Below are positions 57,245-64,000 of a DNA stretch of 64,000 nucleotides, piece after piece (within the stretch, counting starts at the first letter, position 1; each line of letters opens with the position of its first letter). The stretch is taken from the NCBI GenBank assembly GCA_044226015.1, contig JBGAHS010000012.1, positions 1 through 64,000 of the forward strand, in the 5' to 3' direction. This DNA comes from Candidatus Obscuribacteraceae bacterium. Lineage in GTDB: Bacteria; Cyanobacteriota; Vampirovibrionia; Obscuribacterales; Obscuribacteraceae. The notes beneath the pieces were generated by a model. That model did not search any database. It saw nothing but the letters and a program-made list of their open reading frames with translations, and was not told the origin of the DNA. Both the position numbers and the translations under genes were made by a program.

Positions 57245-59269
57245 TTAGGTCAATCGTCTGGAACCAGGTCCTTCAAAAAGCTTGTAAGCCTCTTTGACCA
57301 TGGTTGAGTCGCCTACCTCATCTGGGTTAGCTCCAAGAGACGGGCGAGGCGGTTGTGAGGTCTGCTCCCCCGGAGAAGGAGCAGTCGCTGCAGCACTAGA
57401 CTGCTGGACCGGAGGCGCTTCACCTGAAGGTCTGGGCATCGGCGCTGACGTTCTGGCAGCCGCCGAACTAGACTTTTTTGCTGGGGCTGTTTGCTCCGCA
57501 ACCTTTATTTTGATCTGCATCTCAGTGCCCGTAACTGCTTTTGCGGCAGCCTTGATGTGATCCATCTTGCTCTCGAGCATCTTCTGCAAATTATCTTTGA
57601 GAACGCCCACATTTAGCTCTTTTCCAGATGTGCTTAGTGGAAACGCGTGCGTTGAAGTCAGGCTGAAAGTTGGCAGATGCCTGCGCTGAAGTTCATCCAG
57701 AATTTGCTGCCAGAGATATTCGATGTCATTGCTGAAGTCACCGCCTTGCGGTGCGGCAGCGGACTCACCGGCTTCTGAATAATCATCCTGATAGGCTGCT
57801 TCATCGTTTGCCGTGCCTTGAGATTGAGCTGCAACAGCTGGCTCTGCCTGTGTTGGTTCGCTCGCCGTTGGTGCATGTGGCGCCTGCGCTGCTGCTTGAT
57901 GAGCTTCTGGCGAAATGTGTTGTGCTGGTGGTGGAACCGCAGCCATAGGACGTTGCGGTGGTGCAGCCGGCTGGCTCGGAGCATGTGACTGAGCAGGCGC
58001 CGGTGCCGGAAGGACTCGCGCCTGCACGTGATGACTTGCACGAGCGGCGCCGCTGTCGAAGTTAGCACCCTGTGCAACCATTTCTTCCAGCTTAGAAACA
58101 CGTTCAACTAGATCTTTTACGAGGTGAATGTCGTGACGATGGCAAAGTCCGAGCAATCCTACTTCGAGGTGCATAGCTGGTTGACTGCTTCGTCTGCAGG
58201 TTTGCTCGAGTCTGTCGATTGACTCAACGATTTGACTGAGCTCTGCTCTTTCAAATTGACTCTGTTGATCGAGCAGTCCAGAGATATAATCTTTCGAACC
58301 CAGCACGACTCCTGCTAGTGCAAGATCATCTTGTTTAGCGGCAGCCAGGTATGAGGCTTTCATCATGTTTAGGAAATGCTGTGAGAGTTCCTGAAGCACC
58401 ACCTGTGGTTCGCGCCCCTCTCCCAGTAATTTGCTAACCGATTCAATGACCGAATTGCCTTCACGTTTTGCGATTTGTTCACTTATTCTGAGCAAGACGT
58501 CTTCATGCAGCGCACCGAGCAATCTCAGTAAATCGTTTACCGAAGCTGGTTTTCCCGTGCTTGATAGAAGGCTCGCCTGGTCAAGATTGCTTAAAGCATC
58601 ACGCAGCCCGCCTCCCGACCTGCGAGCGATTAGCGAAATAGCATCATCTTCGATTTCGATGCTTTCTTTGTCTGCTACGCTGCGAAGGTGTTTCGTCAGA
58701 GCTTCCTGGTTTATTAGCTTGAACATCAGTCTCTGGCAACGACTTACGATTGTCGGCAAAACTTTATGTTCTTCCGTTGTTGCCAGAATAAACACCACCC
58801 CTGGTGGCGGTTGTTCGATTGTTTTTAGAAGCGCGTTGAACGCTTCCTTTGTGAGCATGTGGCACTCGTCTATAATGTAGACTTTGAATTCGCCGCCGAC
58901 AGCTTTAAGCGGGGCTCGTTCAATCAGCATACGAGCATCATCAACGCTGTTGTTTGACGCAGCGTCGATCTCAAAAACAGCCGGAGAGTTGCCTGCTGTA
59001 ATTTCAAGGCAACAGGTGCAGGTCTGGCAGGGTTTCACTACTGGTTTGCCTGTCGACTTACAGTTTAGTGACTTTGCCAATATTCTTGCGCTGGAGGTTT
59101 TTCCGGTTCCTCTAGGTCCCGTGAAAAGATAGGCATGAGTTAGACGATTGTTCTCGATTGCATTCACAAGAGTGCGATAAACGCCCTCCTGTCCGACCAA
59201 CTCCTCAAGAGCTTGTGGTCGATATTTGAGATACAAGGGTTCGTGACGCTTGAACGGCGACTCTTGCAC
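57245..59269 (-). CDS. dnaX: DNA polymerase III subunit gamma/tau
   Basis: KYRPQ, GPRGTGKTSSAR, EIDAASN, IIDECHML, SRCQ and GGLRDA motifs. Confidence 0.96.
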   Translation of the reverse strand: MQESPFKRHEPLYLKYRPQALEELVGQEGVYRTLVNAIENNRLTHAYLFTGPRGTGKTSSARILAKSLNCKSTGKPVVKPCQTCTCCLEITAGNSPAVFEIDAASNNSVDDARMLIERAPLKAVGGEFKVYIIDECHMLTKEAFNALLKTIEQPPPGVVFILATTEEHKVLPTIVSRCQRLMFKLINQEALTKHLRSVADKESIEIEDDAISLIARRSGGGLRDALSNLDQASLLSSTGKPASVNDLLRLLGALHEDVLLRISEQIAKREGNSVIESVSKLLGEGREPQVVLQELSQHFLNMMKASYLAAAKQDDLALAGVVLGSKDYISGLLDQQSQFERAELSQIVESIDRLEQTCRRSSQPAMHLEVGLLGLCHRHDIHLVKDLVERVSKLEEMVAQGANFDSGAARASHHVQARVLPAPAPAQSHAPSQPAAPPQRPMAAVPPPAQHISPEAHQAAAQAPHAPTASEPTQAEPAVAAQSQGTANDEAAYQDDYSEAGESAAAPQGGDFSNDIEYLWQQILDELQRRHLPTFSLTSTHAFPLSTSGKELNVGVLKDNLQKMLESKMDHIKAAAKAVTGTEMQIKIKVAEQTAPAKKSSSAAARTSAPMPRPSGEAPPVQQSSAAATAPSPGEQTSQPPRPSLGANPDEVGDSTMVKEAYKLFEGPGSRRLT

Positions 59270-59418
59270 GATTCCTCCAGCCTTCCCATTAAGGATGTAT
59301 ATGCAATGGCTATCTGTCGCATATAAATTGCGCCGGAAGCCAGATGCTACTCATGAAAATACTATCCTAATTTAGTGCTGCTGATTCTCATCAGAAGCGA
59401 ATTTTTATAGTATTCGGA

Positions 59419-61068
59419 TCACTTGACAGAAAAAATCAGAACACTAACAACTTGAGGAGAAGACTCCGCGGTTCGTGCCAGTTGAAATCCGACCTGGCTT
59501 ATTGGATAGATATAGTTCTTGCTACTGCCCCCTGGTTCTGGCAAGAGGAAAGCGGGTTCACCGAAGCGCTCTTTGACATTTTCAAGCTTATCGCCAGGTG
59601 ACACGCCAAAATCGGTGCCAATCAGGCTTGAGTCAAAAATACGAATAGCCTCGAGCGTTCCCTTCCGGAAGTAAAGTTGAAGAGCTTCTTTGCCATCGCT
59701 ATGTTTTTTCGACCAGGAGTAGACTGTCCAGTTTTTTACTTTGTGCTGTCTCAGCTTCCCAATTTGCCCTATGCTCGAAACCACTTGAGGTTCAGATTTG
59801 CCGAGAGTGACGTTGCCCAGCGGTATGCCTGTCACCACATTCGGCGGCAACATTGCAACTTTGTCTTTTCCTGCCGAGAGGCTGTCGGAGTCCGAGTATT
59901 TTGCCCTAGCTCTGCTTGAGAGTGTGCCATTGACTGAGCTAAGCTCAGAATTTAGAGCGATTCTCTTCTTGCTGCTCTCTTTTTCTCCATAGGCTTGTTG
60001 TTCGGGAGCCTCTCGAAAGTCGCGGACAACAGGCTTCTCGTCGAGTATCGCGATTTCCCGTGAGTCCATCTTGTTCTTGGTGGTTTTCAATTCTGCGACT
60101 CTGTTTGCATTTTGAGCCAAAGATTGAACTTCATCTAGTCGTTTGCCCAAGCCGTACAATTTGTTTACAGAGGTGGCAAGCGGTAAAACTCTTCTTTGGG
60201 TGGGTGCTCCTCCTGCGGCGTCACCTGCGTCACCTAGAAGACTGTCGGATAATGCACCGGCACCGCCTGGTGCAGTCCCGCCGTAAGCTGAAGTAGAGCT
60301 GCTGCTGCTGGCTTGTGACAACATCGCGCCACGTTGATAGCCCATCGAGTTCTTTCTGGGGCTGCTTACGCTTGCGGGGAAGTTTGTACTCTCCTCCCAT
60401 ACTCCCGGTTTTGCTGGTGCGTCTGCAAGTAGAAGATTTCCTGCATCTGGTTTGATTTTTGCGGAACCCCGCCATTGTTCTGTGGCTGCAAATCCTTCTG
60501 CCGCCATCTCGGATTTCGCAGATTGGCGCATGTTAAGGCTGGGCGCTGCCGAAGGTGCCTGGTTCATAAGTTTTGATTCGGGAAGGGCCTGGGCTATTTG
60601 CAAGGATGGCGGAGGAGCTGCGAAAACCTTTCCAGTCTCTTTTGGTCTGATTGCCAGCGAATAATTGGTTTTTTCGTTGAGGCTATTTTGTTGCTTCAAA
60701 TTCTGAGCGATTATTTGCGAGTTCGTAGATTTGGTCAGAGCTACCTGCGGAATGTTCATTACTCGATTGAAAATTGTTTCCAGCAATTGCACACCGGCCT
60801 CAGGCGCTGGTAGATACCCATGCCCAGCGCGTACATATCCGAATGCCTGCATCGAGCGTGTTTCAGAAAGGTCTGCGGGCTGCTGCTGCATGTATGCATC
60901 TGTACTGCGAATACTTCTGTTTTTGGCAGTATTCAGATTTTGCGCATCTCCCGGTGAAAGCAGCACGAAAGGAAGCAATGAACAAGTAGTAAGTGCCACC
61001 GCAGATGGTAGCATCCAATTGCAGTTGCTTGATCTGTTTCGTTTCCCTTCGTGCTTCGAAAAAATCAT
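59419..61068 (-). CDS. Hypothetical exported protein with low-complexity middle and small C-terminal globular domain
   Basis: ATG at 61068 overlaps the upstream TGA; hydrophobic N-terminal segment; two G....V...(F/I)G repeats near the C-terminus. Confidence 0.7.
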   Translation of the reverse strand: MIFSKHEGKRNRSSNCNWMLPSAVALTTCSLLPFVLLSPGDAQNLNTAKNRSIRSTDAYMQQQPADLSETRSMQAFGYVRAGHGYLPAPEAGVQLLETIFNRVMNIPQVALTKSTNSQIIAQNLKQQNSLNEKTNYSLAIRPKETGKVFAAPPPSLQIAQALPESKLMNQAPSAAPSLNMRQSAKSEMAAEGFAATEQWRGSAKIKPDAGNLLLADAPAKPGVWEESTNFPASVSSPRKNSMGYQRGAMLSQASSSSSTSAYGGTAPGGAGALSDSLLGDAGDAAGGAPTQRRVLPLATSVNKLYGLGKRLDEVQSLAQNANRVAELKTTKNKMDSREIAILDEKPVVRDFREAPEQQAYGEKESSKKRIALNSELSSVNGTLSSRARAKYSDSDSLSAGKDKVAMLPPNVVTGIPLGNVTLGKSEPQVVSSIGQIGKLRQHKVKNWTVYSWSKKHSDGKEALQLYFRKGTLEAIRIFDSSLIGTDFGVSPGDKLENVKERFGEPAFLLPEPGGSSKNYIYPISQVGFQLARTAESSPQVVSVLIFSVK

Positions 61069-61790
61069 TGTGACTTTTCGCCTCCCACTTTTCCGTCGAA
61101 TAACTTCTGTTCCCAATCATCAAGCTCTGACTGATTTATCAGCCCTCGCTTGTTTGCCAGATAGACTGCTCGGCAGCGCTGGTTGTATTCAGTGTCCTGT
61201 TGTTCGCCTCTTCCAGGAATTGCTAGTTTTGAATAAAGCGATTTCAGGCGAGACTGAACTGCCTTTTCTGTGAGGTAAAGGCGCCTTGCAATTGATGAAT
61301 CTGTCAAACCGAGTGCAATGCAGACCAGCGCCTCAAATTCTGCTGCCGTCAAGCTGGTCGCCCGGTTTTGTGTACGTTGAATTACTCGGGAAATACCAGG
61401 GTGAATCCAGCAATCGCCCGACAATATTGCGCGCACCGCCTCAACTACCTGATCATTAGATGCGCTCTTCAGTACATAACCGAATACGCTGTCTCCCGGA
61501 ACTACCTTCCAGAGCTGTCTGACATAAACCTCGTCTGAGAAGTTCGACAGTATGATTACGCCAGTTTTGGGCAATTCTGCCAGAATTTGTTCCGCAGCCT
61601 TAATACCAGAAAGATGAGGCATTTTAATATCAAGGCAAACCAGCTTTGGACGCAGCTTTTGTGCCATATCTACTGCGGCTTGTCCGTCAGATGCTTCGTG
61701 TATTGGTCCCTCATCGGGAATGTACTTCACGAGCAAATCTTTCAGCCAGCTGCGGTCGCGCTCTTCATCATCAGCGATCAAAATGGTCAT
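61065..61790 (-). CDS. NarL/LuxR-family response regulator
   Basis: ILIADD, LDIKMP and GYVLK motifs; LT.AE...IA.GL...IARRL HTH. Confidence 0.92.
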   Translation of the reverse strand: MTILIADDEERDRSWLKDLLVKYIPDEGPIHEASDGQAAVDMAQKLRPKLVCLDIKMPHLSGIKAAEQILAELPKTGVIILSNFSDEVYVRQLWKVVPGDSVFGYVLKSASNDQVVEAVRAILSGDCWIHPGISRVIQRTQNRATSLTAAEFEALVCIALGLTDSSIARRLYLTEKAVQSRLKSLYSKLAIPGRGEQQDTEYNQRCRAVYLANKRGLINQSELDDWEQKLFDGKVGGEKSQ

Positions 61791-63655
61791 ATCTTTCCTT
61801 CCATTCCTTTCAGTAGTTCACCGGCGCGGGCGCCGGTATGCATGATTAACACAAATTCGGTCCCTTTTCTATAATTTCTGGGTTTAATCCATTCTACTGA
61901 AGCGCCGATTAGGGCGGCACGGTGCCTTATATTGAGCAAGCCGTGCGAGTCTGGCCGGATAGCCGCTGGGTCTATTCCCTTGCCATTGTCAACCACTATG
62001 ATTTTGAGGAACTCGCCTTCCTTATTAACTGATACTTCAGTCGTGTCTGCTTCAGAGTGCTTTCGGATGTTGTTCAGGGCTTCCTGAACAATTCGATAGA
62101 CCTGTAATTTAGCAAAATCGGGCACGTCGTTCTCTTTTATAGAGGTATCTGAACTGAACTTACACGAAATTCTGAAGTCTCGCTCTAGGATATGCACTAG
62201 ATTTTCCAACGCTGGAACAAAACCCATGGTTTCCAAAACGGAGGGATGAAGATCATTAATGACGCGACGCATTTCCTGAATAGTGCTGTCCAGCCTGTCT
62301 CTCATCTTTCGGGGCGACTCGCTTGCACCGTATTCCGAGGTCATGTCATCGACCATTCGGGCAATTGAGGAAAGCGCCGGTAATGTTTCGTCATGAAGGT
62401 CTTCGGCGATACGTTTGCGCTCTTCCTCTGCTCGAACTTGCATCATCTGGCGTGCGGCGGCTAGTTCTTTATTGCGTTGTCTCAGACCCGTATCAAGGAA
62501 AATTACTGTACCAAGCAGAAAGCCTGTAACGATGATAACCATAGGAGCCACCACGGGCAGTAGCACATGCCAGTATTGGAATGAAAACTGGGCCAAAAGC
62601 AAGAGTACAACGCCCGATAGCAACGTCGCCGTTGCTCTTTTTCCCATAGGCAGAACTGAAGCTAAGCCACCAATGAGAGAACCAACGATTAGCAGAAATT
62701 GCTTTGCGTAGTTGTGGGGGAAACTCCAGATCACATCATTATTAATGACAGTCGCCAGGGCGTCTGCTTCAATTTGTATTTCGGAACTCTTTTCGCGGAA
62801 CGGGGATTTGGCAGCCATTGGGTCCTTTGTCCGTGTGGTCAGCGTCGACCCCAGCAGAACAATTTTGTCTTTGAAGCTACTTGGGTCAAAGTCTGGCTCT
62901 AGAACTCGCCACATTGGGTAGGTCGTATATCTGGTGCGGTGGTAATTGATATAGCAATATTGGTCGGGATAGGATGGCTTGAGGCGGCTGTTGTAGTCCA
63001 CGCCTGTGCTTCCCGAGAGTACTAGCAAAATAGCTTTTGTAAGTGACGGAACCTGTTCGGTGCTGCTCTCGCTGCTGTGTGAATCTACAAGGTCTGGCAA
63101 TCTAACAACCAGCCCGTTTGTCTCCTTAATAAGCTCTCTGTATCCGGTGGCAGCATGCTGAATGAACTCTGCCGAAGGAAGCTCAGTGCTGCCTTCCAGG
63201 CTACCAAACAAGGACAAGACCACATTTCGATTGCGGCTCATCTCATCTGCCAGAGCGTGGTTTGCGGCTCCCCTTAAGTCAAGGTCTATTGTGACAATGC
63301 TCGGTTTAGATTCCTCAATTTTTGATATCACTTCGAAGAGACGGGCTTGCGCCAGTGTGTCATTGAATCGTGCACAACCCAATTCAAACTGAGAATCATT
63401 ATCGAATGCCACAATCACGATTTTTGATGCAGCTTCATTGATTGACTTTGGCCACCAGAATTCCTGAGATAGCGCGTCGGCGATTTTATATCGCCAGTTC
63501 AGCATCTGCAATTCCATAGAATCCAAAATGGGCGAGTCGCTGAAAAGAGGTGCAAGAAAAGCTCCGACAAGTACGCCAAAAAACAGCCGTTGAAAGAGGA
63601 CGTTATGCACTCCCTCTGCCCAGGCTGCCTCGAAAATCTCATTCAGGCGCTTCAA
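61787..63655 (-). CDS. CHASE2 sensor histidine kinase (HisKA_3)
   Basis: IVIVAFD and KDKIVLLG (CHASE2), three TM segments, EERKRIAEDLHD, QEALNNI.KH, DNGKG and GL.NI. Confidence 0.92.
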   Translation of the reverse strand: MKRLNEIFEAAWAEGVHNVLFQRLFFGVLVGAFLAPLFSDSPILDSMELQMLNWRYKIADALSQEFWWPKSINEAASKIVIVAFDNDSQFELGCARFNDTLAQARLFEVISKIEESKPSIVTIDLDLRGAANHALADEMSRNRNVVLSLFGSLEGSTELPSAEFIQHAATGYRELIKETNGLVVRLPDLVDSHSSESSTEQVPSLTKAILLVLSGSTGVDYNSRLKPSYPDQYCYINYHRTRYTTYPMWRVLEPDFDPSSFKDKIVLLGSTLTTRTKDPMAAKSPFREKSSEIQIEADALATVINNDVIWSFPHNYAKQFLLIVGSLIGGLASVLPMGKRATATLLSGVVLLLLAQFSFQYWHVLLPVVAPMVIIVTGFLLGTVIFLDTGLRQRNKELAAARQMMQVRAEEERKRIAEDLHDETLPALSSIARMVDDMTSEYGASESPRKMRDRLDSTIQEMRRVINDLHPSVLETMGFVPALENLVHILERDFRISCKFSSDTSIKENDVPDFAKLQVYRIVQEALNNIRKHSEADTTEVSVNKEGEFLKIIVVDNGKGIDPAAIRPDSHGLLNIRHRAALIGASVEWIKPRNYRKGTEFVLIMHTGARAGELLKGMEGKI

Positions 63656-63732
63656 GCTATCGAATCCGTTTACTAAGACGGTTTAAGTTTAACAGATTCG
63701 CGCCTTTCTATTGAGCTCCTGAAAAGTGCTGT

Positions 63733-64000
63733 TTAGCGTCCAATTTGTTCGAAGTCGTTTCTCTTCCAATCGAAACCGTCAGGCGCATATTCCTGGTCGG
63801 AGTGCGCGAAGGTTGCCGTTAGCACAACCTCATTGCGCTGCGAACCAGCCGGAAATCGAAGTAGCCTGCGATCAATTCTATCGACAGAGCGGTTTACCGC
63901 TTCCATGAAGGCTTGCCGATTCAATTCACCTTGCTGACCATAACCATTAACAAACAAATTCTGTACTGAAAAACTCACGTTTCCAAATCTGCTGACTTTG
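63733..64000 (-). CDS. Hypothetical protein, 5'-partial
   Basis: Minus-strand frame is open from the window edge (KVSRFGNVSFSVQ...) to the stop at 63733. Confidence 0.45.
   Translation of the reverse strand, partial: KVSRFGNVSFSVQNLFVNGYGQQGELNRQAFMEAVNRSVDRIDRRLLRFPAGSQRNEVVLTATFAHSDQEYAPDGFDWKRNDFEQIGR

Noticed and set aside
57245..59269. Programmed frameshift in dnaX producing a gamma subunit
   Set aside because: No A-AAA-AAG site with stimulatory hairpin and no long A run was recognised by eye.
59270..59418. Possible SRP RNA (ffs) upstream of dnaX
   Set aside because: No conserved GNRA-capped helix 8 motif is visible.

Overview
Gene-dense bacterial chromosome segment. The cyanobacterial-type RpaA, NTP-transferase/phosphohexomutase fusion, SigF and PilB with a C-terminal Cys-rich tail, with no photosynthesis genes in the window, suggest a non-photosynthetic cyanobacterial relative such as Vampirovibrionia/Melainabacteria (inference). 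From left to right it holds: the 3' end of an Rhs protein whose JAB/MPN-like toxin tip is out of frame at a G6 run; an MFS permease; oppA, a REC-Hpt regulator and oppBC; a degenerate Hsp70; gpsA, a GT4 and the NTP-transferase/PGM fusion; a Trp-studded disordered protein; a biotin carrier/HMG-CoA lyase/enoyl-CoA hydratase trio; and mobA. A minus-strand type IV pilus locus follows (pilB-pilT-pilC-sigF-ABC pair-pilD-pilM/pilN/thioredoxin fusion-pilO-pilP-like), preceded by a SigF/SigB-type promoter and a rod-shaped 6S-like RNA candidate. After it come a GT-C glycosyltransferase, a Ser/Thr kinase-TPR, an amidase, a class V aminotransferase, an MBOAT with three SGNH/DltD-like paralogs, rpaA, a plsY-htrA in-frame fusion across an A9 run, der, an 1155-aa J-domain protein with 20 YSQDPNA heptads, acyP, dnaX and a CHASE2 kinase/NarL pair. 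No CRISPR array, rRNA, tRNA or transposase was recognised. All calls come from reading motifs by eye; no database searches were run.
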